Part shown: in pieces, positions 10,563-20,371 of the stretch
Layout: every line of letters starts with the position of its first letter
How positions within the stretch are numbered: position 1 is the first letter of the stretch
Assembly: GCA_963749495.1 (NCBI GenBank)
Contig: CAVVMW010000022.1
Span: 416,001-480,000, forward strand
DNA: 64,000 bases
Reading direction: 5' to 3'
From: an uncultured bacterium
GTDB lineage: Bacteria > Verrucomicrobiota > Verrucomicrobiia > Limisphaerales > UBA8199
Made by a program: the position numbers and the translations under genes
The notes under the pieces: model-generated
The model's input: the letters and a program-made list of their open reading frames with translations, nothing else
Database searches by the model: none
What the model was told of the DNA's origin: nothing

Positions 10563-11045
10563 GGCATATTCGTCACGATATGCCGTTCACGTCGGTTTCT
10601 CGATCAAGGTCCTCGGCTCCCATTCCCCGCTGCCGCCCAGAATCCAGCCAAAACCCCATACCCCTTGGACCGGCAGCATCGAGAGAGTGGTGGAGCAGAT
10701 TTTGGAGGCATGTCGCGTGGCAGTGGCATATTCGCTATAATATGCCATTGAGGGTGCTCTTTTGATCTTGGCGGCCGTCCGAAATTCCTGGTTTCTGGCT
10801 ATACCCCATACCCCTTGGTGCGGCGTATTCATCAAGCAAGCCAGGCAAAGGCCACTCTTCAAAAACACCAATAAAAAGCCGATAAAGCCGATGAAGCCGA
10901 CCTCTCATAAACTTATTGAAAGACCTTTTTTCTTCCAGGTCTCCTTTGGTTATTTTCTGAAGGGTCGGCTTTATCGGCTTTATCGGCTTTTCTCGGCTTT
11001 TCCTGGGCTTGCTTGGTGGATTCATGGTTGCCCAGGGGTATGGGG
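10563..11045. promoter_or_regulatory. Origin-like region with iterons and palindromes
   Basis: Two 22-nt GGCATATTCG..ATATGCC palindromes, three CCCCATACCCC(T)TGG copies, inverted AAAGCCGAT iteron sets. Confidence 0.6.
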
Positions 11046-11054
11046 GCGCTTGCA

Positions 11055-12821
11055 TCAGCTTGACCTGGCCGAATCGAGACCGGTTGGAGGAATCGGCGGC
11101 GGGGTTGTGTCTGGGGCAGGCGTTGGTTGAGGCTGACCGGCGGCATTCACCAGGCTGAAGGTGTAGCGGTTCAAGGTCACGGGATTGCCTGCCTCCGTTC
11201 GACCCCGTTCCTGCTGGCGTACGACCTTGAAATCCTCGAAAACGACCTCCTGACCCTCCTTGAACAGCGCGCCCATGATCTTGCCAATTTGCTGCGGCCC
11301 TTGCTCCACCGTCTGGTTTTCCGGGGACAACCCTGGGATCTCAATGTCCTCTTCCAGGCAGATTTGAGCAATGTCACTGGCCGAAATTCGTTCGTTGAGC
11401 TTCTGCTGTTCGTTCAATTTGATGGCCACAGCCCGCAGGAAGCTCAAGTTGGGGTTGGCCGCACGTTGCTTGGCCTCCTGGTGACCGTCCATCAGCGCCG
11501 CCTCATGGAAGATGTTCTGCACGATCCAATCCAACACCTGGCACCATTCCTGGAAATCGTCGCTGGTTTCGTTGGTCCTGGGCTTGCCGCGCCGATGCCA
11601 TTCCTCCACCACGGCAAAGACCGAGCCCATCAAGAGCGGTTGCCACGAGAACATGAGCTGCACCAGGTCCTTCCCGTCCATGGTTCGAAACTGGTAATTC
11701 TCGCGTTTCCTGATGCGAATGATCGACGCCCGGTTCGTCAGGTCCTTGGTGGCCTCGAACCCGTTGGACGAGATGAACAGGATGAATTTTGACGGATCTA
11801 TAGTCACGGGGGGCATGAAAGGGATGCGTGCCACTACACTACCCTCAGCCGTCAGAAACGACTCCAGGAACTGACTGTCCAGCTTCCCTCGTACATTGTT
11901 GATCTGAATAAAAACTTTGCCCCGAATGAGATGGTCGCTGAAGGTTTCCTCCATCGAGCCTACACCCCCAGATTTCTTCGTCACAACCGCCAGCTTCTGA
12001 TTATAGAGCGCCGCCACCATCCTCTGCCGGTATGTTTTCCCGGATTGGCTGGCATTGGCTTCGGCGACATCCACCGGCACAGGCCCCTGGATATGGCCCC
12101 CCAGCTTCAAGGCCGGCGTCAACAGGGAGGCAATGGCACGAGAGCGGTCCCCTGGTGTCACGAAATCGAAATCGCGGAGCAGGCCCGAGATCAATTCGAC
12201 CGCCTCTTCCACCTGCACCGTTTCCAGACGTTGCGCGATTGCCACGAAAAACCCCGTCGTCTCATCATAACCTTGGTCCACCCGATGCAGCCGGCCGTCC
12301 GTTTCCACCATCAATGGGCAATGGAGCACGCCGTTGAGCTTGGGCAAAAGGTTTCGGCAGGCTTCGGACTTCAAATACTGCTTGGCTATCGTCTCGCTGA
12401 TCGTGGTTGGCACAGGCATGTACCGCTCGCCCACCTTGGTCGTCTTGAAAAACCGCACGTATTTCTCAAACCTGGACTGGGCCGCCACTGCATTGAGGAC
12501 ATCAACCGTGTAGCCCTCCCCCTCGTTGATCAGCTCCACCACGACGCCTCCTCGATAAAACAACTGCCTCCTGGGGGCAATGGCCGTGAACAACTGCTCC
12601 GCCGATTCCGTAATCGTGACTGCGCCTCCAGGAATGGTGACATTGGCCACAGGATCGGCACGCCCCTGGTCGCCGCCTTCGTGCCTCAAAAACTCCCGCG
12701 CTGCCCTCTGGGTGCCTGGAACAGCGGCAACGGGTCCAGGCGCGTCAGGCATGGGCGGTGGAGGTTCCGGGGATGAAGCGGCCGGTTGACTCGGATTCTG
12801 CGGATGTCGTCCATCAGGCAT
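11055..12821 (-). CDS. Primase/helicase-associated P-loop protein (phage/plasmid replication type)
   Basis: Walker A-like ANASQSGKT, DFDFVTPGDRSRAIASLLTP, ILFISSNG, DLTNRA; no N-terminal primase domain recognised. Confidence 0.6.
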   Translation of the reverse strand: MPDGRHPQNPSQPAASSPEPPPPMPDAPGPVAAVPGTQRAAREFLRHEGGDQGRADPVANVTIPGGAVTITESAEQLFTAIAPRRQLFYRGGVVVELINEGEGYTVDVLNAVAAQSRFEKYVRFFKTTKVGERYMPVPTTISETIAKQYLKSEACRNLLPKLNGVLHCPLMVETDGRLHRVDQGYDETTGFFVAIAQRLETVQVEEAVELISGLLRDFDFVTPGDRSRAIASLLTPALKLGGHIQGPVPVDVAEANASQSGKTYRQRMVAALYNQKLAVVTKKSGGVGSMEETFSDHLIRGKVFIQINNVRGKLDSQFLESFLTAEGSVVARIPFMPPVTIDPSKFILFISSNGFEATKDLTNRASIIRIRKRENYQFRTMDGKDLVQLMFSWQPLLMGSVFAVVEEWHRRGKPRTNETSDDFQEWCQVLDWIVQNIFHEAALMDGHQEAKQRAANPNLSFLRAVAIKLNEQQKLNERISASDIAQICLEEDIEIPGLSPENQTVEQGPQQIGKIMGALFKEGQEVVFEDFKVVRQQERGRTEAGNPVTLNRYTFSLVNAAGQPQPTPAPDTTPPPIPPTGLDSARSS

Positions 12822-13115
12822 ACCCTGAATATGGACGATCCGGGCTTTCTGACAACCAAAACGTTCCCGGCTCGGCCCTGCTCATTACAACAACTCGCCC
12901 TGATTCTCACAGTTACGCCCTTTCGAGCTGGAAAACGCCTGGATTGCCGCTCAGAGCGACCGCCCCCCTCATCCGCCCCTATAACGCATCCGGTGCATTC
13001 TGGTCGTTGTCAGGGCCGTTTCCGGTCGAGATCCTGCACCGGATCAGCTCATTTTCGGCCGCCAGTCAATTTCCAACAACTCCAATTAACCAATCAACAA
13101 TCAACCAAAACGAAC

Positions 13116-13346
13116 ATGACCACCACAATATCTTTTCAACCAGACGGCACAGCCCGATGTCTTTGGACCGAGGCTCTACCGCTACATGAACTCGGCCGGC
13201 TCGAAATCACCCGCGCCAGCAACATCGAATTCAACAACGCCACCCAACAATGGGAAGTCAAGGACCAGAAAGGCAGAGTCCGCTTCTTCTCCAAGTCCCG
13301 GTCTGCCTGCCTGGAGTGGGAGCAAGAAAACCTGCAACCGGATTGA
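13116..13346 (+). CDS. Small conserved protein of the kind found with Ycf46-like AAA ATPase clusters
   Basis: ISFQPDGTARCLWTEALPLHELGRLEITRASNIEF; family link is from recall. Confidence 0.7.
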   Translation: MTTTISFQPDGTARCLWTEALPLHELGRLEITRASNIEFNNATQQWEVKDQKGRVRFFSKSRSACLEWEQENLQPD

Positions 13347-13398
13347 AGGGCACCAGGCACCGGGGCAAAACGGGACCGCCATGTTGCCCCTTGCCTGC

Positions 13399-14502
13399 CT
13401 AATGGTGATTGCGGTAAAGCTCCGTGGTCAACAAGGCTGGGCGGCGCAGGAATCTCTCAATGCACTCCTTGTGGTTGTAGCGGTAGATGATCTCAACCAG
13501 GGGACGGTAGTAGCGCCCAAAGCTCTCGAAATAGCGCCGGTTAAGCCAGCGCAGGTACTTCTCCCAGTTCTGGCCGTTGCTGCGGAACGTCAGCCGGATA
13601 ACTTCGTCGAGATCCATATCGAAAAAGTCAGTGGACAACCGGCTCGGAATACCCCCTATCGGCCAGTATTGTTGGAAGAAAGGGATGAGGCCAAGACGCC
13701 GCAGACACCGCCACCGGACATAATCCTGGCTGAGCGTGGTGTCGAATCCGTACAGACAGACAACCCCCACATGGTCCTCGCCAAAGCTCTTGAGCATCTG
13801 CCGGCGTTCCTCGAACAGCCGCATCGAAGACGGTTGATTGAGGCTGAAATAATACATGCGCTTGTTGAAGGCGGCGTTGCGGGAATCCACTCGGAGCAGC
13901 AACTGGTGTTTGGTCTCGTCCAGATAGGCGATATCGAGGGTTTGGCTGAAGTTGACAGCGTAACGCCGTTCGGCCATTTCCTCCAACAAGAGGTCAGCGC
14001 CCTCAAACGCGAGCAGGTTGTCGTCGAGCAGCAGTACACGGTCTTGGCCGCGAGGAACGAAATCAGCGAAATCCCCGACTTGCCGAATACTCCGTCCTTC
14101 TTGAATTGGCACCAGGCAGAAAGGGCATCGCTTCTTGCAGCCACGCGTCAGGAACCCCAACGCATATTGATGGTGGCGGTAGAGACTGTAGTCCGGAAAG
14201 CACGAGTCAACCTCTGGGGGCAGGCGCTTCGTCAGGCTAGCTCCTGGACCGCCAATCTCCAGGCGAGAACCACATTCCGCCTTCAGAAGGGCCACTCGCC
14301 GGCCTGATGTTTCTCGGTAAAAGACGACGCTGGCAAAGTGCAAATCGCCATCCCCGCAGTTGGGTGGCAGCTTTGACGCCCTGACCAGAACGCGGTCAAC
14401 AGCACATCCGCGAGACCGGTAGTAGCTGCTCAATTTCATCAGCGCCAGGTTCGGGATGCGACCGTCAACGTCATAGAGTTTTACACGAGGTCTTTTCGCC
14501 AC
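13399..14502 (-). CDS. Radical SAM protein (phage/ICE-associated type)
   Basis: DVDGRIPNLALMKLS N-terminus, FPDYSLY, TRGCKKRCPFC (CxxxCxxC), LLDDN. Confidence 0.85.
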   Translation of the reverse strand: MAKRPRVKLYDVDGRIPNLALMKLSSYYRSRGCAVDRVLVRASKLPPNCGDGDLHFASVVFYRETSGRRVALLKAECGSRLEIGGPGASLTKRLPPEVDSCFPDYSLYRHHQYALGFLTRGCKKRCPFCLVPIQEGRSIRQVGDFADFVPRGQDRVLLLDDNLLAFEGADLLLEEMAERRYAVNFSQTLDIAYLDETKHQLLLRVDSRNAAFNKRMYYFSLNQPSSMRLFEERRQMLKSFGEDHVGVVCLYGFDTTLSQDYVRWRCLRRLGLIPFFQQYWPIGGIPSRLSTDFFDMDLDEVIRLTFRSNGQNWEKYLRWLNRRYFESFGRYYRPLVEIIYRYNHKECIERFLRRPALLTTELYRNHH

Positions 14503-14645
14503 GTGCCGACTTTAGCAGGGGACTCATCCTGGCGCAAAGCCGATAGTCGCATCGTGTCCTGAACAAACGCATCTCGACAGGCAAAGGGGCGACTTCTGCT
14601 CCAGTACATCAACCACCAAAACGAAAGGAGAACACCCTCATCAGA

Positions 14646-15038
14646 ATGAACATCTTCGAATTCCAGTTCAGGTGGGGCGGAAAACGTTCATGCTTCGGCA
14701 TCAACGTAAACGCCTCCACCATCGACGAAGCGGTCACCAAAGCCAATCGCTTCTTCAACAGCGATGACGCCACGATCTCTCCCGTCAACCATCCTGACGC
14801 CGAAAGGCTCTGGATCAACGTGGCTGCTCCGGTAACGCCCAGGAACATCGCCTCCATTTACGGACCTCTGGGCAACGCTGAGTGCCGGGATTACACAGTG
14901 GCTCAATGGCGTAAGGCCTTCCAGGTCCAATGCTCGATCTGCCACTTGCCTTGCCTTGGAGAATCGGCCCACTTGCATCAGGGAAAATGGATATGCCAGG
15001 AGAGATGCTGGGATGACCGGTTGAAGGCGTCTGAATGA
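14646..15038 (+). CDS. Hypothetical protein with C-terminal Zn-finger-like motif
   Basis: CSIC...WICQERC; AAGGAG RBS. Confidence 0.7.
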   Translation: MNIFEFQFRWGGKRSCFGINVNASTIDEAVTKANRFFNSDDATISPVNHPDAERLWINVAAPVTPRNIASIYGPLGNAECRDYTVAQWRKAFQVQCSICHLPCLGESAHLHQGKWICQERCWDDRLKASE

Positions 15039-15074
15039 TGAAGAACCAACAACAACGAAAGGAGAAACCCAACC

Positions 15075-15365
15075 ATGATCTGTTCAAAATGCAACCAGGC
15101 CTTTGATTCGCTCCTGGACGATGGCCGCTGTGAAGACTGCCACGCCCAAGCCGATGACCGGAGGCTGGAGATTATCAACTTGGCCCGACAACAACGCCAG
15201 GTCGAAGGTGCGGTTGAAATTGACGACAACGCCCAACTCAGCGAGGGCAACGACAACGGCTGCTATGTGCAAGCCTGGGTCTGGGTCAGTTTCTCCGGCA
15301 CCCCATTCGACAAAGAGAAGGAAGAACACGATGAACACCACCAACCAACAGAACCAGGCAGATAG
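15075..15365 (+). CDS. Hypothetical protein with N-terminal CxxC..CxxC
   Basis: MICSKC...CEDC; EIDDNAQLSEG..GCYVQAWVWV. Confidence 0.75.
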   Translation: MICSKCNQAFDSLLDDGRCEDCHAQADDRRLEIINLARQQRQVEGAVEIDDNAQLSEGNDNGCYVQAWVWVSFSGTPFDKEKEEHDEHHQPTEPGR

Positions 15366-15876
15366 ACCCAAGGAGCACACATTCAGCCCACACACCGACC
15401 TCTGCATCTACTGTGGCAAGAGCGCCCAGGACGACGCCATTGAGAATACACCCTGCGGTTCTGACCAGCAAAAGCCCTGTGAAGCCTGCAAAGGGAAGGG
15501 CTGGTTCTTCTTCGACACCGGCAACGACCAGGGCCACAAGTACGAAATCCAGAGGTGCGATGTCTGCGAGCAGTTCAATAGCGACCTGGCAGCACTCGAA
15601 GCCGTGGAGAAAGCTGCCCTGACTCAACCGGCGCTGCTCAGGTTCGTGGAGGGAGTCGCCGGCCTGAAGCATGAAGGCGAACCGGGTGAAGACGGACCTT
15701 TCGAGCGCGCCTCAGAAGATTCCATCGCCATCCTCAACCAGCTCATCCTGGAAGCTCGGGAACTGGTTGGGACGGCCGAGAAGTGCCAGAAATGCGGTGA
15801 AACGGTCCCCTATGTCATCGGCTGTCCTGACGGCGCCGAGGTTTGCCAAGAGTGCTTCAACGGCGGCGGGATTTGA
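15331..15876 (+). CDS. Multi-CxxC zinc-finger hypothetical protein
   Basis: CIYC, CEAC, CDVC, CQKC, CQEC motifs. Confidence 0.7.
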   Translation: MNTTNQQNQADRPKEHTFSPHTDLCIYCGKSAQDDAIENTPCGSDQQKPCEACKGKGWFFFDTGNDQGHKYEIQRCDVCEQFNSDLAALEAVEKAALTQPALLRFVEGVAGLKHEGEPGEDGPFERASEDSIAILNQLILEARELVGTAEKCQKCGETVPYVIGCPDGAEVCQECFNGGGI

Positions 15877-16303
15877 ACCGCCGTCGAAAGGGGCGCTCTG
15901 TCTCTGGGATCTCGACAACCGAGAAAACGAGGTCCATCCCCCACCGGCTCATGGCAGTAATCAGTGCGGCGGGCAGTTCATGCGTCGGTTGGGGGTTGTC
16001 GAAGTGTGGTACGCGGAAATCCAACGCCATCCGATTGACCCCTAGCCCCTTCAACCGCTCAAGCTCTTTCTCATGGACCTCCAGGAATTCCAGAGCCTCC
16101 GAGACCTGGTCGAGTAGGTAGGGGAGATCATCGTGGCTGACCACCGCCGCGAATCCTGAATCTGGTGTGGGTCCATCCTCCGGGCTTCCGTCCGCTCGAA
16201 CGTCGCCCTTGTGGAAAACGCTCAGCACCTCGAAAGGAGTAGCCTGGAGGTACTCGTCAACGTCGAAATTCGCACCACAGGCCACAAACGCGCATACGCC
16301 CAT
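15857..16303 (-). CDS. Hypothetical protein (DUF4279-like)
   Basis: Acidic 148-aa ORF on the opposite strand to the array. Confidence 0.55.
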   Translation of the reverse strand: MGVCAFVACGANFDVDEYLQATPFEVLSVFHKGDVRADGSPEDGPTPDSGFAAVVSHDDLPYLLDQVSEALEFLEVHEKELERLKGLGVNRMALDFRVPHFDNPQPTHELPAALITAMSRWGMDLVFSVVEIPETERPFRRRFKSRRR

Positions 16304-16363
16304 GAGGAGAGGGTGCCTGTTTGTGGCCGGAAATCAACCACCAACCGAAAGGAGAACAACCAA

Positions 16364-16723
16364 ATGAAACTCGAAACACTGCTCAAGACAATCGCTCTCC
16401 CCATTCACCCGGAGCTTGACCCCGAAACAGACCGTCCTCGCCTTGGCTCGACGGGGTACGCGATCCACCACGACAGCCAGGTCATGGCGGATGGAATTCA
16501 GACTGCGGAATTAGCCGAGTATCTCTGTCATGCGGCCAACGTTCTGCCGGAGTTGGTGGCCGCAGCAAAGCACCTCCAACAGAACTGGGAGAACAACCTG
16601 ACCGAATCGATGGTGAGACTCAATGAAGCCCTTGCCCTGGCCGAGAACGTCATGCTCCAAGAATCAGCTCAGAGCGCCAACCACGAGGACCCTCAGCATG
16701 CAAATGGCACGCATCACCCGTGA
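16364..16723 (+). CDS. Hypothetical protein
   Basis: AAGGAG RBS; AELAEYLCHAANVLPELVAA. Confidence 0.7.
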   Translation: MKLETLLKTIALPIHPELDPETDRPRLGSTGYAIHHDSQVMADGIQTAELAEYLCHAANVLPELVAAAKHLQQNWENNLTESMVRLNEALALAENVMLQESAQSANHEDPQHANGTHHP

Positions 16724-16949
16724 GACCATCCACGGCAATCCAGGTGAGCGGCGCATCCTGCCTGCCAACACCCTGGTTGTCATCGAACCGGCGTCGAATC
16801 TTCCGCCCGACAGCCCGATCAAGTACTGGGCGTATCCTGTCGAAGGTCATCCCTGGCCAGCAGAAACGGAGGCTTGGGTAGAGGACGTTGGCGTTGGCCT
16901 GCATGAGGAGGACGTTGCGCTCGTGAAAATGCCGGCCTACGCGGTTTAA
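16698..16949 (+). CDS. Hypothetical protein
   Basis: GAGGA RBS, overlaps the upstream gene. Confidence 0.6.
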   Translation: MQMARITRETIHGNPGERRILPANTLVVIEPASNLPPDSPIKYWAYPVEGHPWPAETEAWVEDVGVGLHEEDVALVKMPAYAV

Positions 16950-17144
16950 TCTCATGCACCACGAGTCTGGCGAGATGTCGCCAGGCTCCTCTTTCCTCGT
17001 GCTCGCCCGGCCAACTGCGTCGCAACTGGCCGGGGCAGCAGATTCTCCAACCATTTCCCAATCAGCGCGCTCGCCGGGGTCAACCCCAGGGCTGGCAACC
17101 GATTGGGGCCAACCACACCAACACACCAATACACGAATACACCA

Positions 17145-17882
17145 ATGAAAACGACCATCCCGAACGAAGTCCTCGACGTGCTCAAGAAATCACGTTGCGA
17201 GGGAAGCCAACTGCATCTGCCGGGTCAACTGCCCCGCGATCTTTACGTCAAAACCGCCAAGGTCATCGAACTGCTCGGCGGCAAATGGAACCGCAGCCTC
17301 TGCGCTCACGTCTTCGAGGGCGATTGTTCCGAGCGTGTAGACGAAGCGGTCATTGCCGGCGAGGTGACTGATTTCAAGAGGCTCTACCAGTTTTACGAGA
17401 CCCCTCCCGAACTGGCCCGCCGCATGGTCGCAATGGCCGACGTGCATGAAGGTCACCGAGTCCTCGAACCCAGTGCCGGAAGGGGTGCCATCCTCAAAGC
17501 ATTGCCCCAGAACGTCGGCCGGGTCGCTGTGGAGTTGAATGGTGCCATGGTGGATCTCATCGCCTTGACCCAGCGAGTCCATTACGGCGACTTCCTCCAA
17601 TGCAACGGGGAACTGGGCACCTTCGACCGCATCATCGCCAATCCGCCATTCCGTGACGGCCAGGATGTCGACCACGTGCGCCACATGCACCACCTCCTTA
17701 AACCAGGCGGCGTCATCATCACGGTCATGTCTCCTGCCTGGCAGTATCGGTCTGACCGCAAGTACGCAGAGTTCAGAACGTGGCTTGAGCGGTTGGACCA
17801 TGACGTTGAGGATCTGCCCGAAGGCACGTTCAAGACCAGCGGCACCAACGTCCGGGCTCTACTGGTGACGATCCGCAAATGA
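17145..17882 (+). CDS. SAM-dependent amino-methyltransferase (DNA N6-A/N4-C type)
   Basis: QFYETP, VLEPSAGRG (motif I), IIANPPF (motif IV), LPEGTF..SGTNV. Confidence 0.9.
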   Translation: MKTTIPNEVLDVLKKSRCEGSQLHLPGQLPRDLYVKTAKVIELLGGKWNRSLCAHVFEGDCSERVDEAVIAGEVTDFKRLYQFYETPPELARRMVAMADVHEGHRVLEPSAGRGAILKALPQNVGRVAVELNGAMVDLIALTQRVHYGDFLQCNGELGTFDRIIANPPFRDGQDVDHVRHMHHLLKPGGVIITVMSPAWQYRSDRKYAEFRTWLERLDHDVEDLPEGTFKTSGTNVRALLVTIRK

Positions 17883-17998
17883 ATAGTCAACCCCTCGTCG
17901 TCTGCTGGGGAATGGGCCAGGACTCGACCGGAATGCTCGTTGGCCTTTGGGAGCGCAGCATCAAACCCAACCTCATCATCACCGCCGACGTTGGGCCG
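17879..17998 (+). pseudogene. N-terminal fragment of a PAPS-reductase/PP-loop family protein
   Basis: LVVCWGMGQDSTGML...IITADVG, then similarity is lost abruptly. Confidence 0.65.
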
Positions 17999-18119
17999 AG
18001 CATCAGGATATCCGCCCAAAGCCAACGAGGTACGAGCGCCGCCCTCAGCCGCACCCCCCGGAGAAGGACCTTCCCTCTCCCCCAACGGACATCGAGAGGA
18101 GAGGGTCGAGGTGTGAGGT

Positions 18120-18332
18120 TCACAACGAACCCGAACATGGAAGTGACCACTCTCTGAGTTGGTTTACCTTCGAGTATCCAAGGTATGAACCCGAGACGTG
18201 GTAACCACCGTTCACGACCAAAGTCGTTGTCGAGTGATTTTCCTCCGGAACGTGTTCGACTGGTGTACCATGGACGATTGGTTCCAACGAGAAGAACACT
18301 ACCAGAATCACAATTGTTATTCGTGTATTCAT
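18120..18332 (-). CDS. Putative small secreted protein with no alanine, inside the GpC-free tract
   Basis: MNTRITIVILVVFFSLEPIVHG signal-like start; zero Ala, rich in Val/Thr. Confidence 0.35.
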   Translation of the reverse strand: MNTRITIVILVVFFSLEPIVHGTPVEHVPEENHSTTTLVVNGGYHVSGSYLGYSKVNQLREWSLPCSGSL

Positions 18333-18552
18333 AATACTTACAGGGTGAATCCGTCACCGACCTCGGTTTCGATACCACTGGGTATCCCTTCATGGAGATT
18401 CCACCCCACCCAATAAGTATGATCGGTTTCTGCCTTAATCGACTAAATCGTCGAAAAAGACTTTTTTTATTCCTCTTCCTCAAACCAGCACCGCCATCGC
18501 CTGACTAAGAAGTTCAACAAGCATCGAAAGGACATGCGACTCACCCGCTGAC

Positions 18553-18861
18553 ATGAACAAGAAAATCACCCGAGTCTGGAGCTTCGCCTCCGACTCCAAC
18601 CCAAACCTCGAATACCAAACCCTGCAATACGCCGATGGGACCAGCTCCTGCAACTGCAAGGGCTGGACCCGTCGTGTGGCCCCAGATGGCAGCCGGTCGT
18701 GCAAACATACCCGCTCAGTCAATATGGGCACCGCGGACGACCACTGCAAGGCCACCCACAGCTACGAACCACAACACCCACAACCCCAGCAGCAACAACA
18801 TCATGGCAAAAATCACATCCTCCAACTCCCCAAACTCGGACACCGCAAGTTCGCCATCTGA
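18553..18861 (+). CDS. SWIM zinc-finger protein
   Basis: SCNCKGW...SCKH (CxC-xn-CxH). Confidence 0.8.
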   Translation: MNKKITRVWSFASDSNPNLEYQTLQYADGTSSCNCKGWTRRVAPDGSRSCKHTRSVNMGTADDHCKATHSYEPQHPQPQQQQHHGKNHILQLPKLGHRKFAI

Positions 18862-18871
18862 CCACAACAAC

Positions 18872-20371
18872 ATGAAATCCAAAATCATCAACTACATCAG
18901 AGCCGGTTATCCAGGGCTTTATCTGGTATCGCCCGAAGAACAGAGGGTTGACGCAGAGATGAAGACCATCGCGCAGGACCTCAAGTACAACCTGGTCCTC
19001 TGGAGTGCGGTTGACGGCCTGGTGGATACTTCAAAAGGGACCACCACTGCCGCCAACGACCCTCTGGAGGCCCTGGTCGCCATAAGGGACATGAAAGAGA
19101 AAACCATCATCCTCCTGCGCGACTTCCACCTGTTCCTGCAAGATCCCAACCCCATCCTCATCCGGCAACTCAAAGACGTGCTCCAGGAGGCCAAGACGAA
19201 ATCGAAGACCCTGATCATCCTGGGTTGCCGATTGTGCCTGCCCCCTGAACTTGAACATGAACTGACCGTCATCGAGTTCGCTCTGCCTGGAAAAGAGGAG
19301 CTGAGGGCTGTTCTGGGCGGCATCATGGAATCAGCCTCAATCAAATCCATGGAAACAGAGCACAGGGACAAGGTGATCGATGCTGCCTCTGGACTGACCA
19401 CCATCGAGGCTGAGAACGCCTTTGCTCTCTCCGTGGTTCAGGCCAAATCGATAGACCCCACCATCATCGCCAGGGAGAAGGCACAGGCCGTCAAAAAGAA
19501 CGGCATCCTGGAGATCATCGAGACCAAAGAAAACCTGGAATCCATTGGCGGCCTGGATGTGCTCAAGGAATGGCTGCTGAAACGCCGTTATGCATTCAGC
19601 CAACGTGCAATCGAATACGGCCTTCCCACACCCAAGGGCCTGCTCATCATCGGCATTCCTGGAACCGGAAAAAGCCTCACAGCCAAAGCCACAGCAAGAG
19701 TGTTCGGCGTGCCCTTGCTGAAACTCGATGCAGGCCGGATATTCGCTGGTTTGGTGGGGCAGTCAGAATCGAACCTGCGGGCGGTCATTCAAACTGCCGA
19801 AGCCATTGCCCCCTGCTGCCTCTGGATCGACGAAATTGAGAAGGGATTCAGCGGCACCAAGTCATCAAATTCAACGGATGGCGGCACTTCAAGCAGGGTT
19901 TTTGGCAGCTTCATCTCGTGGATGCAGGAGAAGAAGGCCGCTGTATTCGTGGTCGCTACTGCCAATGACGTGTCCCAACTGCCGCCTGAAATGCTCCGCA
20001 AGGGTCGTTTCGACGAGCTTTTCTTTGTGGACCTGCCCAATCAACAGGAACGGGAAGCGATCTGGGAAATTCAAATCGGCAAGTATGGTCGGGATGCCAA
20101 GGACTTCGACACGGTGCAACTCGCCAAGGCCACAGAAGGGTTGACGGGGAGTGAAATCGAGAATGCGTTTGTCGAGGCCCTGTACCTGGCGTTTGACCGG
20201 GAGAAGGAGCCGACTGACCTGGATATTGCCGGGGTGTTGACGGAGTTTGTGCCGCTGTCGAAACTCATGGCGGAGCAGATCACGGGCCTGAAGAATTGGG
20301 CAAAGGGGAGGGCTCGATTGGCGACATCTTTTGAACGGGAGAAGAGGGGGTTGAGGAAGATGGTGGTTTAG
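18872..20371 (+). CDS. AAA+ ATPase, Ycf46-like
   Basis: [49 protein letters not shown]. Confidence 0.93.
   Translation: MKSKIINYIRAGYPGLYLVSPEEQRVDAEMKTIAQDLKYNLVLWSAVDGLVDTSKGTTTAANDPLEALVAIRDMKEKTIILLRDFHLFLQDPNPILIRQLKDVLQEAKTKSKTLIILGCRLCLPPELEHELTVIEFALPGKEELRAVLGGIMESASIKSMETEHRDKVIDAASGLTTIEAENAFALSVVQAKSIDPTIIAREKAQAVKKNGILEIIETKENLESIGGLDVLKEWLLKRRYAFSQRAIEYGLPTPKGLLIIGIPGTGKSLTAKATARVFGVPLLKLDAGRIFAGLVGQSESNLRAVIQTAEAIAPCCLWIDEIEKGFSGTKSSNSTDGGTSSRVFGSFISWMQEKKAAVFVVATANDVSQLPPEMLRKGRFDELFFVDLPNQQEREAIWEIQIGKYGRDAKDFDTVQLAKATEGLTGSEIENAFVEALYLAFDREKEPTDLDIAGVLTEFVPLSKLMAEQITGLKNWAKGRARLATSFEREKRGLRKMVV

Noticed and set aside
18185..18334. Plus-strand 49-aa ORF containing FPPERVRLVYHGRLVPTRRTL, reminiscent of the ubiquitin core
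   Set aside because: Too short for a beta-grasp fold, lacks the N-terminal strands and the C-terminal GG, and overlaps another candidate ORF; probably chance.
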